Part shown: positions 40,811-49,767 of the stretch, one piece after another
Layout: each line of letters starts with the position of its first letter
Numbering within the stretch: the first letter of the stretch is position 1
NCBI GenBank assembly: GCA_964464605.1
Contig: CAYXJN010000003.1
Coordinates: forward strand, 62,001 to 126,000
Reading direction: 5' to 3'
Length of the DNA: 64,000 nt
Source of the DNA: an uncultured Ignavibacteriales bacterium
Lineage (GTDB): Bacteria; Zixibacteria; MSB-5A5; GN15; FEB-12
Notes under the pieces: model-generated
What the model was told of the DNA's origin: nothing
What the model saw: only the letters and a program-made list of their open reading frames with translations
The model's database searches: none
Translations under genes and position numbers: made by a program

Positions 40811-42346
40811 TCACCCATGCAAATCCAAACTCCGCAAGAAATCATTGGCAAATACATTTCGTAATTCAGGTGTTGGAAGTAATGTCTGACGCGCGTTTAC
40901 CCATGCATTGATGCGAGTATTACCGTACTTTTGCCGGACATTGGTTTTATTCAAGTTATGGCATTTTCCCCAATGAAAAGTATAGGTAATCCCCGCTTGA
41001 TCAAGCGCATTCCAGACACGGGAGGCAAGATCTCGTACGCGGTCCGACCAGGGACCGTCAATCTCGACAATACAGGTAACCGGATCGATATTGGTAAAGG
41101 CGAGCGTCGCCCGGGAATTACGCACAAACCGCAGCGCCACAAGTGCAGGCGCCCATTCTTTGTCATACTCGGCAAAAATGATATCCAACGTCTGTTTGAC
41201 CTTACCCAGCGGAATCCCCATTGCGGTGCTGAATGCTTTGCCATGGGTGGTAGTATCTGAAAACGTGTCGCAAAGTGGTCCGCACTTTCCTGATGATTCT
41301 TTATAAAAACTCTTGAACATTCCTGAAATCAGATCTTTGGTCATTCCGCCGAGCAGATCGGTTATCGAGGCAAGAACCGCAAATGCTTCATCGCTTTGAC
41401 CTGATGGTGACGCCGCAGTCGTCGGCTCGCAACCCGGAATTTGTTCTGCTCGTGTATACTGATAAATAACTTCCGCAATAACCTGATCCCGTTTGTTCGG
41501 ATCGATTACGACTTTGAAATGGTACGGATCACGACCGGGAAACGGTTTCGGAATATTCAGACCGGAAAAATCGAGCGAGGTAATCGCATTCCACAATGCG
41601 TTGTCAAAATTCAAGAATGTTTTTGATGTGTGCAGGTAGAACATATCGGTAGATTCAAGCACCACGCCGTGAATAATACCGAACGAACCAAAACTGACTA
41701 GTGCGGCATTAAACATATTATCCTTTCGGATAATCTTATCTGCGAATTTCTTTGCAAAATCATCGGCAATTGTCTGTTCTTTTTCCCGTTCCAGCCAGAC
41801 ACTTTTATTCGGAGCGGTAATCAGATGAATCGAGCGAATATAGTCCTGTACCGAACCGATATTGATTGCCGAACCGTGCGTACCGGTCGAAAGTGCTCCC
41901 GCAATTGTTTGTCCGTTGCTGGCTCCGGTTGTTTTCAACGATTTATTTAAACTGAAAAGATATCTACTGATACTGGCAATCTTATTGCCGCATTGCACAA
42001 AATGCAGGTCCTTCTCGCTTCCTTTGTACTTAGCATGTTTTTGTGCCGCGCTGATACTGAAACGATAAGACAAGGGCCAGGTATCAATCAATACGCCGTT
42101 CGTTGCCGCTACTTCTGAAAATGACCATGAACCGCCGAGCGCCCGTAGTTCCGCCGGAACTGCCATCGCTTCGGCCAGCACCCTTTGCAATGCCTGTGTC
42201 GTTTTGATGTAGTTGATTGCGGAGCTTTTTGTCGGATTCGTGTTCTTTGCGGTAATGCGCTTCTGAAGCTGTGTGCTGACAGTATTGTGCCAGTTAACGA
42301 AAGAGCTGCCGTTTACGGTTTCGAAATTGTCATTGGGCGGTGGCAT
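40811..42346 (-). CDS. FAD-linked oxidase (VAO/ALO sugar-lactone oxidase-like)
   Basis: RALGGSWSFS, QTIAGALSTGTHGS, VSFGSFGII, FHWGK; GGAGG SD before ATG 42346. Confidence 0.8.
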   Translation of the reverse strand: MPPPNDNFETVNGSSFVNWHNTVSTQLQKRITAKNTNPTKSSAINYIKTTQALQRVLAEAMAVPAELRALGGSWSFSEVAATNGVLIDTWPLSYRFSISAAQKHAKYKGSEKDLHFVQCGNKIASISRYLFSLNKSLKTTGASNGQTIAGALSTGTHGSAINIGSVQDYIRSIHLITAPNKSVWLEREKEQTIADDFAKKFADKIIRKDNMFNAALVSFGSFGIIHGVVLESTDMFYLHTSKTFLNFDNALWNAITSLDFSGLNIPKPFPGRDPYHFKVVIDPNKRDQVIAEVIYQYTRAEQIPGCEPTTAASPSGQSDEAFAVLASITDLLGGMTKDLISGMFKSFYKESSGKCGPLCDTFSDTTTHGKAFSTAMGIPLGKVKQTLDIIFAEYDKEWAPALVALRFVRNSRATLAFTNIDPVTCIVEIDGPWSDRVRDLASRVWNALDQAGITYTFHWGKCHNLNKTNVRQKYGNTRINAWVNARQTLLPTPELRNVFANDFLRSLDLHG

Positions 42347-42347
42347 C

Positions 42348-42857
42348 TTAGCGCCCTCCGGCGGAATCGACCACAACCATCGTATCGCAAGTCATTCTGC
42401 CGCACTCGATAATATATTTTTTGCAGCAAATTATCTGACTGACGCTTACTGTATCACACGATTCAGAAACTAAAGTCGTATCGCACCCTAAGTCGTTTGC
42501 ATCATCGGGTACCCTTCCGGGTGTAGGATTCGGCTGTGCACAATACCACTCAACTGTTTTCGGACACGCTAACCCAAGCGTCACGACCGAAATAAGATCA
42601 AAAAAGAAATTGCTTTTAACTGTTACTACCTGCAACCCTGCTCCATCGCATTCATTCGGATCGGTTATCGGGTTTTTTGCTGTCTGCACCCAAAAAAATG
42701 ACCAGACAACTTTGCTGCGGTTCGGTTGCGGTGTTTCTCCTCCTGTTTGCGGAATCATCACTCGATAGGTCGAGCATCCAATCACACAGAGAGTAAACAG
42801 CAGCGCAGCAATAGCAAGGCAAAGCAGTCGATAGTTACGAGACACCCTGAAAAACAT
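42348..42857 (-). CDS. Bor/Iss-like lipoprotein with Cys-rich C-terminal tail
   Basis: GGAGG SD, lipobox VIGC, SFFW..C...V.VKSNF...ISVVTLGLACPKTVEWYC. Confidence 0.65.
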   Translation of the reverse strand: MFFRVSRNYRLLCLAIAALLFTLCVIGCSTYRVMIPQTGGETPQPNRSKVVWSFFWVQTAKNPITDPNECDGAGLQVVTVKSNFFFDLISVVTLGLACPKTVEWYCAQPNPTPGRVPDDANDLGCDTTLVSESCDTVSVSQIICCKKYIIECGRMTCDTMVVVDSAGGR

Positions 42858-42987
42858 AGTTCCTCCCTTTTTCAGATAGGCAACGATACTAACCTGAGAT
42901 GTCAAATCCTGACACTAAGAGAGAAGATTATGCATCACAATCGGCAGAGATATATGAGGTTACGAATTGATAAGAAATGGCGGACGA

Positions 42988-43488
42988 TTAGTCAGCGTCG
43001 GCCAAGAGCGCGTCGAGGTCAAGCTGATGCACGAACATAGCTAAGTTACCATTGGCATCATGCGGCCATTGATCGCGTGGGCGATCATGATAAATTTCTA
43101 CTCCGTTGCCATCAGGGTCACGCAAATAAATTGCTTCACTGACACCGTGGTCTGCCGCACCTTCTAACGGCCAGTTGAAATCGGTGAGCCGTTTCAGCGA
43201 ACGCGCCAACTCTTTTCTACTCGGAACAAGAATAGCGAAACGATACAGTCCCGTGCTACCGGGTGGCGGCGGTGAACCGTTGGCGCTTTCCCATGTGTTG
43301 AGCGCTATGTGATGATGATACCCGCCTGCCGAAAGAAAGGCAGCCTGTCGCCCGTATCGGGTGGTTACTTCAAACCCTAACACTTCGGTGTAAAACGTAA
43401 CCGCCCGTTCAAGATCAGCCACTTTAAGATGGACATGGCCGATTACCGTTCCGGCTGCTATCGGTTGCATAGGTAGTTTATCTGACAT
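42988..43488 (-). CDS. VOC/glyoxalase family protein (CatE-like)
   Basis: IGHVHLKVADLERA..FY, AFLSAGGYHHHIALNTW, DHGVSEAIYLRDPDGNGVEIY. Confidence 0.9.
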   Translation of the reverse strand: MSDKLPMQPIAAGTVIGHVHLKVADLERAVTFYTEVLGFEVTTRYGRQAAFLSAGGYHHHIALNTWESANGSPPPPGSTGLYRFAILVPSRKELARSLKRLTDFNWPLEGAADHGVSEAIYLRDPDGNGVEIYHDRPRDQWPHDANGNLAMFVHQLDLDALLADAD

Positions 43489-43622
43489 AAAACCAAGGTA
43501 TACAGTATCAGTTAAATTGTGAAGCCTGAACGATCTCCCCCAGCTAAAAACCGCTCTCGGAGTGCCGGTTGACAATTTGCCACAATTCTCCGAAATTGGA
43601 CGCCTGAACGTGCAAACGTCAC

Positions 43623-43712
43623 GGAGGAGTGGCTGAGCGGTCGAAAGCGGCGGTCTTGAAAACCGTTGTACCTGTGAGGGTACCGTGGGTTCGAATCCTA
43701 CCTCCTCCGCCA
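43623..43712 (+). tRNA. tRNA-Ser(TGA), long variable arm, CCA encoded
   Basis: GGAGGAG/CTCCTCC acceptor stem, GCGGT-CTTGAAA-ACCGT anticodon arm, GTACC-TGTGAG-GGTAC variable arm, GTTCGAATC, GCCA end. Confidence 0.96.
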
Positions 43713-43733
43713 TAAATTACGAAACCTTTATTC

Positions 43734-44318
43734 ATGCAAAAAAAGATATCCAAAACTCGCTGCAACTGGGCCGGGACAAACCCACTCATGATCGAATACC
43801 ATGACACGGAATGGGGCGTACCGGTTCATGATGACCGCGTTTTGTTTGAATTTCTGATTCTCGAAGGGGCGCAGGCCGGATTGTCATGGCAAACCGTTTT
43901 AAACAAACGGGAAAACTACCGTAAAGCATTCAGTAACTTTGATGCCAAAAAGATTGCTAAGTATGACGCAAAAGATGTGAAACGTCTATTAGCAAACGAA
44001 GGTATCATCCGCAACCGGCTCAAAATTGCAGCCACTATTCAGAATGCCCAGAAGTTCTTAGAGGTACAGAAAGAGTTTGGCTCCTTTGACAAATACATCT
44101 GGCAATTTGTTGGCGGGAAGCCTGTGAATAATAAAATTAAAACCATGAAAGATATTCAAGCGAAGACCAAGGAATCGGACGCAATGAGTAAAGACCTACA
44201 AAAACGGGGATTCAAATTTGTCGGTTCGACGATTTGCTATGCCTTCATGCAAGCTGTCGGCATGGTAAACGACCACACAACTGATTGCTTTCGATACAAA
44301 AGTAAAAAAGCTAAGTAA
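43734..44318 (+). CDS. tag: DNA-3-methyladenine glycosylase I
   Basis: RCNW, YHDTEWGVP, LEGAQAGLSW, IIRNRLKI, GFKFVGSTICYAFMQAVGMVNDH..C. Confidence 0.95.
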   Translation: MQKKISKTRCNWAGTNPLMIEYHDTEWGVPVHDDRVLFEFLILEGAQAGLSWQTVLNKRENYRKAFSNFDAKKIAKYDAKDVKRLLANEGIIRNRLKIAATIQNAQKFLEVQKEFGSFDKYIWQFVGGKPVNNKIKTMKDIQAKTKESDAMSKDLQKRGFKFVGSTICYAFMQAVGMVNDHTTDCFRYKSKKAK

Positions 44319-44326
44319 GGATAAAT

Positions 44327-45043
44327 ATGTCTAAGGTTTTGTCGTTCATCTTTTTCATCGCTCTTTTGAACACGGCGTTGGCAGATACCGATAGAACCGA
44401 CGAGTTTAAAACACTAACCCAGCAACGATTCGATGCCAATTCCGCCGGCGACCGAGCGTTTTACGAACGGTTACTGATGCCGAACTTCGTATTTCTCGCG
44501 CCGTTTACTTCTCCGCAAACGAAACAAGAGTATTTGGACGCTGAATTTCTGTCGCAAACCCGTGGGAGTAAAGCCAGCATACAGAACTTTCGCGCTCTGA
44601 TTGAAGAGAACACGGCAATTACTACCTATGAGGTTATCGAGCCCACAACGCTTGGTGATCAGCAATTTGAATCGCATTCGATACGCGTGGATACCTATAT
44701 AAAAATAGATAATTCGTGGCGACTGCTTTCGATGTCTGTTGCTGTTCCACCGACCTGGCCGGATGTGGCTGTTATAGATACTTCGGTGTACCGGGAATAT
44801 GCGGGAACATACGAACTCACTCCTCAGATACAGATCGCGATATCAAACGAACTCGGTCATCTTATGTTAGAGCAAACCGATCTTCCGAAAGTTGAATTAT
44901 TCCCCGAAAGCCAAACCTCTTTTTTTGATAAGACAGATAGCCCTACTGCCAGAAACATCTTTGAACGGGATACATCCGGCAAAGTCGTTGCCTTGCTCTA
45001 CCGTTCCTCTGGTCAAGAATTGCGGGCGAAGAAGATTAAATGA
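44327..45043 (+). CDS. Secreted SnoaL/DUF4440-like + DUF3471-like protein
   Basis: Signal peptide; NTF2-like N-domain (..DTYIK..WRL); C-domain YAGTYEL..LFPESQTSFF..FERD..GKV. Confidence 0.65.
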   Translation: MSKVLSFIFFIALLNTALADTDRTDEFKTLTQQRFDANSAGDRAFYERLLMPNFVFLAPFTSPQTKQEYLDAEFLSQTRGSKASIQNFRALIEENTAITTYEVIEPTTLGDQQFESHSIRVDTYIKIDNSWRLLSMSVAVPPTWPDVAVIDTSVYREYAGTYELTPQIQIAISNELGHLMLEQTDLPKVELFPESQTSFFDKTDSPTARNIFERDTSGKVVALLYRSSGQELRAKKIK

Positions 45044-45399
45044 AAAAACCAAAAGATGTAGATACCTACATAGCCTCAGCGCCGAAAGAGTTGCAAGGGA
45101 AGCTGAAAGAGCTTCGGGCGTTAATCAAATCAGCCGCTCCTTTGGCGGTTGAAAAGATCAGTTACGGTATGCCGTATTATTCCTACAAAGGAAGACTCGC
45201 CTATTTTCAACTTCACAAAGCGCATATAGGGTTATACATAACTCCCCCGGTGATCGAAGAACTCGCCAAAGAACTGGAAAAATACGTAACCGCCAAAGCG
45301 ACAGTTCAATTTCCGCTCGATAAAAAACTCCCCGCCGTACTTATCAAGAAACTTATCAAAGCGCGAGTACAAAGGAACGATACTGCAGGTAAAAAATAA
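45040..45399 (+). CDS. DUF1801/YdhG-like protein
   Basis: VDTYIA, LRALIK..AP, EKISYGMP, HIGLY, VQFPLDKKLP. Confidence 0.85.
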   Translation: MKKPKDVDTYIASAPKELQGKLKELRALIKSAAPLAVEKISYGMPYYSYKGRLAYFQLHKAHIGLYITPPVIEELAKELEKYVTAKATVQFPLDKKLPAVLIKKLIKARVQRNDTAGKK

Positions 45400-45415
45400 A
45401 CACTGCTTACTGCAT

Positions 45416-45460
45416 TATATTTTCACTGGCATAAAGAAACAAATCTTCTCATACTACTTT
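45416..45460 (+). repeat. Copy A of a duplicated ~45-bp upstream element
   Basis: 36/45 identical to 45877-45920 by manual alignment. Confidence 0.7.
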
Positions 45461-45536
45461 TAGGGTAAAGGTGAGAAAATCTATCATTGCAAGCAAAAGG
45501 ACAACGATAGAACGCACATGAGAAAGGAGTCTGACA

Positions 45537-45812
45537 ATGCTCAAACGATTTTATTCTGCTTTCTTATTATTAGTGGTGGCATTCGGCTCATTGCTCCCGC
45601 TGGGTCCGTTCAATCAATCAGTTGCTGAAAACTGCATCTCGCATTCTTGTTGTCTGGGACCATTCGCCGGCATTCCCGGTGTATGCGGAGGCAATAACTA
45701 TTGGAGAAGCTACTCACAATGTACTTCTATAGGCCATGTTTGCTGCGGCAATTCCACCATTACATGCGGTGGTTGTAACAACAATCCCGATGATTCTTTG
45801 CCTGACTATTAA
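45537..45812 (+). CDS. Small secreted Cys-rich protein (9 Cys)
   Basis: AAGGAG SD, signal peptide ending SVA, mature C-CC-C-C-CC-C-C. Confidence 0.75.
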   Translation: MLKRFYSAFLLLVVAFGSLLPLGPFNQSVAENCISHSCCLGPFAGIPGVCGGNNYWRSYSQCTSIGHVCCGNSTITCGGCNNNPDDSLPDY

Positions 45813-45845
45813 TGCACGACCACATAGCGTAAAACGCAGCAAAAA

Positions 45846-45884
45846 CCGGAGCCGGGCTCATATGCCTGGCTCCGGCTATATTTT
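45846..45884 (+). terminator. Terminator-like hairpin
   Basis: CCGGAGCCGGGC-TCATAT-GCCTGGCTCCGG then CTATATTTT. Confidence 0.65.
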
Positions 45885-45920
45885 ACTGGCATTAATAACA
45901 AAATCACGCCATACTACTTT
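45877..45920 (+). repeat. Copy B of the duplicated upstream element
   Basis: TATATTTTACTGGCAT...AAATC....CATACTACTTT. Confidence 0.7.
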
Positions 45921-45946
45921 GTAGAGAGGCAAGAAACGGAGTTGAT

Positions 45947-46708
45947 ATGAAACGGCAGCATCACTTCGGCATCATCGTTCTGACAATACTTCTTTTTTCA
46001 CATTTAATTGGATGCGACGACAATAATCCTACTGCAAACGATTCAACTATCAAATATCTCGTTATCGGCAGTGTCGTTCTTTGGCCATCAATCAGCTTCT
46101 ACGGTACTATAACATCTATCTACGGTGAAATTAACGACATCGATTCGGTTCTGATTGCAGATTCAGCATGTGTCATTGAACAGGCCCCGTCATCGGTTGA
46201 AGGGAATCAGTATTCATACACATTTAGCTATTTCAAGCTCGCCGATTCACTCCGTTTTCAATCGGGAGATACTGCATTTGTGCGAATTGTAAGAGATGAT
46301 GAAGTAGTAGTCGTTCCTGTCAAACTGCTGCAATCACCGCAAGATACGATAGTGGTCATCTCGCCCTCGAATATGTCGTCAGTACAGCCGAACGAAGATA
46401 TTCCAGTCGTCTGGCATAAAATTCCCAATGCCGATTGGTATGGCATCTATATTATTCATGACACATCCGCCTTCTCTGCGCCGACACGTCAGGCATATCG
46501 ATATTCACTTGATACCACTTACACAATTCCCGGAAACGAGCATCCGATGGAAAGCGAATATCATATTTACATCAGCGCAACTACCGGCCCTGCCCCGAAT
46601 GAAAATGGAAACATTAATAGTGAGACAATGACCGGTGCAATGTATTCCACCGCTTACCCCAGCGTTCGATTTGGATTGGAAATCAGTGTCGAAACAACCG
46701 CGAAGTGA
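45947..46708 (+). CDS. Hypothetical lipoprotein
   Basis: GGAG SD, lipobox LIGC followed by DDNNP. Confidence 0.75.
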   Translation: MKRQHHFGIIVLTILLFSHLIGCDDNNPTANDSTIKYLVIGSVVLWPSISFYGTITSIYGEINDIDSVLIADSACVIEQAPSSVEGNQYSYTFSYFKLADSLRFQSGDTAFVRIVRDDEVVVVPVKLLQSPQDTIVVISPSNMSSVQPNEDIPVVWHKIPNADWYGIYIIHDTSAFSAPTRQAYRYSLDTTYTIPGNEHPMESEYHIYISATTGPAPNENGNINSETMTGAMYSTAYPSVRFGLEISVETTAK

Positions 46709-47356
46709 CTATCTGTTCTTTTTCAGTTGTTCCAATGCGCTGTTCAACTGCGGGACTAAATCTTTGTAGGCATTAACGCAGATATTAAGGTCACGCAAAA
46801 GACCATCCTGTAATCCGTAAATCCAGCCGTATACGGTTAACTCCTGCCCTCGTTCCCAGGCATCCCGCACTATCGTGGTCTGAGCGACATTGACGACCTG
46901 CTCGATAACATTCAATTCGCACAGGAGATCCCATTGACGGTTCTGCTCAAGCTCTCCGAACAGTTTATAATAGCGAATCCAGACATCCTGAATATGCCGC
47001 AGCCAGTTGTCGGCCAGTCCGAGTTTTTGATTATGCAGCGCGGCATGCACACCGCCGCAGCCGTAGTGCCCGCAAACGATGATATGCTTGACCTTGAGGA
47101 CGTCGACCGCAAACTGAATGACCGATAGGCAGTTCAGATCGGTATGCACCACCACATTGGCGATGTTGCGGTGAACAAAGATTTCTCCGGGCAACAGGCC
47201 GATTATCTGGTTAGCGGGAACGCGGCTGTCTGAGCAGCCGATCCAGAGATACTCCGGATTCTGAATTTTGGCGAGCTGTTCAAAGAACTCCGGATTCCCC
47301 TCCCGCATACTTGCGGCCCAGGCGCGGTTGTTGTCGAAAAGGTTTTTGAGTTTCAT
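46709..47356 (-). CDS. can: Beta-class carbonic anhydrase
   Basis: WIGCSDSRVPA, FVHRNIAN, CGHYGCGGV, LCELNV. Confidence 0.95.
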   Translation of the reverse strand: MKLKNLFDNNRAWAASMREGNPEFFEQLAKIQNPEYLWIGCSDSRVPANQIIGLLPGEIFVHRNIANVVVHTDLNCLSVIQFAVDVLKVKHIIVCGHYGCGGVHAALHNQKLGLADNWLRHIQDVWIRYYKLFGELEQNRQWDLLCELNVIEQVVNVAQTTIVRDAWERGQELTVYGWIYGLQDGLLRDLNICVNAYKDLVPQLNSALEQLKKNR

Positions 47357-47427
47357 GTCCGACTCAAGTATACCGGTTTAGAAAGTGCTTAGCAAATAGC
47401 CGAAATCAGTATATTTTGCGGCTGGGT

Positions 47428-47976
47428 ATGAGCAAACTTACACCATACGTCGCCTTTTTGCGGGGTATCAACGTCGGCGGGAATAAGAAAGTCCCGATGG
47501 CTGACTTGAAAAAAGTTCTCGAGAAAATGGGATATGAAAATATGCGCACCATTCTCGCCTCCGGCAACGTCTGCTTTGAAAAGAAGAAAACGACCAATGA
47601 AAAACTCGCTGCCGAAATCGAAAAAGCACTCAAAGCAAAGTTTGGATTCGAGGTCGGTACACTGGTACGCACAACCGATGAAATTCAAACTCTCGTGGAC
47701 GCCGCTCCCTTCAAAGGAATCAAAGTCACCCCGGAAACCCGGCTGTATGTCACATTCCTTTCCGAAAAACTGAAGGGCAAGCCGACACAGGCGCTGGACA
47801 CAAAAGCCGGATCCTTCAAAATTGTTCGAGCATCAGCCTCGGAAGTTTGCTTTGTACTCGTTCTCAAACCAGGCTTCAGCTCCCCTGATTTGATGAACCA
47901 CCTCGAAAAAGAACTCGGCAAAAAAATCACGACGCGGACTTGGAATACGGTGGAGAAGGTGTTAAAGAAGAAATAG
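47428..47976 (+). CDS. DUF1697 family protein
   Basis: YVAFLRGINVGG..VPMADL, TILASGNV, TTRTWNTV. Confidence 0.9.
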   Translation: MSKLTPYVAFLRGINVGGNKKVPMADLKKVLEKMGYENMRTILASGNVCFEKKKTTNEKLAAEIEKALKAKFGFEVGTLVRTTDEIQTLVDAAPFKGIKVTPETRLYVTFLSEKLKGKPTQALDTKAGSFKIVRASASEVCFVLVLKPGFSSPDLMNHLEKELGKKITTRTWNTVEKVLKKK

Positions 47977-47981
47977 AAAAT

Positions 47982-49031
47982 ATGTTTAAACGTAAGACCG
48001 TTATAGTAGTGGGTGCAGGTGCTAGTTCGGAAGTTGGACTACCTGCTGGGGATGCGCTCAAAACCAGCATTACTGCTAAACTAAACTTTAAGTTCAGTTT
48101 AGATCAATGGAAGCAGCCGATACAGCTTTCCGGCGACAGACAAATCGCCCATATACTCTACCACTTACCATTGGCTCCAAAAGATGGGAAACTTGCTAAC
48201 TTCTTCGAAGACGCTAAAAAGCTCAGATTAATATTACCGCAAGCTCTTTCAATCGACACGGTACTTGACAGTCACAACGATGATGATGGTATTGTGACAT
48301 GCGGGAAACTTGGTATAGTTAGTACGATAATTGAAGCTGAGCGAAACAGTAATCTATTTCACCAAGTCGATAATCCAGACCCCTTTGATTTTAATAGAAG
48401 TGAAAAAACATGGTTTCACAATTTCTTCAAAATATTGAACGAAGGCATTCATCAAACTAATGTTGATGATATATTTAAGAATCTAACTTTTATAATTTTT
48501 AATTACGATAGGTGCATTGAGTTCTACTTGAGCGAAGCAGTTGCCAATTACTATTATAAGCTCACTCCCGACCAAGTGACAAAACTGATGAGCAGCCTGC
48601 GGATATTTCATCCCTATGGTAGTATAGGATCACTAAATTGGCGAGGTACTGGCACTACCAAGGATATTTCGTTCGGTTCAGAAAGTTACGACCTCACAGC
48701 TTCTTCTAGAATGATAAAAACATATACTGAAAGAGTGGATGACGGTCCGGAATTGAAAGAAATGAGAAAATCGATTCAGGATGCAGAAAAGCTTATTTTT
48801 TTAGGCTTTGCTTTTCACGAACAGAACATGAACCTCCTTTCGACACTTGCCAGTAGCGTTCGTGAAGTATATGGGACGGCCTTTAAAATATCTAACTCTG
48901 ATCGTGAAGTAATTAAGGAAACTATCAAAAAGAATCTCAATTCTGTTGATTCTGCAATTGTGATTAACCTCAGGCAGGATTTGACATGTGCTGATCTTTT
49001 TCAAGAATATCGACTTAGTCTAATGCAATAG
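47982..49031 (+). CDS. Stand-alone SIR2-like domain protein
   Basis: VIVVGAGAS..GLP, IIFNYDRCIE, FHPYGSIG, LIFLGFAFHEQN; visibly AT-rich relative to neighbours. Confidence 0.75.
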   Translation: MFKRKTVIVVGAGASSEVGLPAGDALKTSITAKLNFKFSLDQWKQPIQLSGDRQIAHILYHLPLAPKDGKLANFFEDAKKLRLILPQALSIDTVLDSHNDDDGIVTCGKLGIVSTIIEAERNSNLFHQVDNPDPFDFNRSEKTWFHNFFKILNEGIHQTNVDDIFKNLTFIIFNYDRCIEFYLSEAVANYYYKLTPDQVTKLMSSLRIFHPYGSIGSLNWRGTGTTKDISFGSESYDLTASSRMIKTYTERVDDGPELKEMRKSIQDAEKLIFLGFAFHEQNMNLLSTLASSVREVYGTAFKISNSDREVIKETIKKNLNSVDSAIVINLRQDLTCADLFQEYRLSLMQ

Positions 49032-49153
49032 ACCAAATAACCGAATCTTTATCCCCCCCCTCAATTCCGCCTTTTACCCTGCCGATATACTATAGGTTGA
49101 CCCAAATTAACCTAATTCCTCAGCCCACTGAGGAGAGAATCGAGGGTTTCCTT

Positions 49154-49690
49154 ATGTTCGAGCAGGGTTCTTCTACACCGACCATGTCCAAACCACAGAT
49201 GCAGACAACTAAGCCGAATCTTCAGATTTCTCCGTTCAACACCACGAGTTTCGCCCGTGAGGACAACGCCAATTTCGGGATGGGCTTTTTGTTCGGCCTT
49301 TGCGCCGCAATTGCCGGAGCGAGTATTTGGGCGTTTATCACCGCGCTCACCGAATACCAGATCGGATGGATGGCTATCGGTGTCGGGTTCATTACCGGCT
49401 GGGCTGTCCGTATGGGTGGCAAAGGTACCAGCCAGAGCTTCGGTATCGCCGGCGCATGCCTGGCGCTGTTCGGCTGTATGCTTGGCAATTTGATGACATC
49501 TTGCTTCTTTATCGCCCAGCAGTACAACACCGGATTTTTCGATGTTTTCTTCTCGCTCGACGGCACAATAATCGGCGAGATTTTCGCCAATACTTTCCAG
49601 CCGATGGATCTTCTGTTCTACGGTCTGGCTATTTTCGCCGGGTATAAGTACTCGCGGATAGAATCGAATCCGGGTTCATCGAAGAATTAG
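49154..49690 (+). CDS. Hypothetical membrane protein
   Basis: Gly/Ala-rich TMs; W..I...T.YQIG.MAIGVG, DLLFYGLA. Confidence 0.7.
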   Translation: MFEQGSSTPTMSKPQMQTTKPNLQISPFNTTSFAREDNANFGMGFLFGLCAAIAGASIWAFITALTEYQIGWMAIGVGFITGWAVRMGGKGTSQSFGIAGACLALFGCMLGNLMTSCFFIAQQYNTGFFDVFFSLDGTIIGEIFANTFQPMDLLFYGLAIFAGYKYSRIESNPGSSKN

Positions 49691-49732
49691 TATCATAGGG
49701 GCCACCTTAAAAAGTCGGCCACCAAAAAATGG

Positions 49733-49763
49733 AACGGCGCGTAGCGATATGCGCCGTTTTTTT
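49733..49763. terminator. Terminator between convergent genes
   Basis: AACGGCGC-N10-GCGCCGTT plus T-run. Confidence 0.75.
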
Positions 49764-49767
49764 GTGC

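Noticed and set aside
43489..43713. N-terminal extension of the 241-aa ORF 42988..43713
   Set aside because: It is the antisense translation of tRNA-Ser; the VOC domain begins at ATG 43488.
45426..45445. Sigma54 promoter (CTGGCA)
   Set aside because: The -12 TTGC element is absent in both copies.
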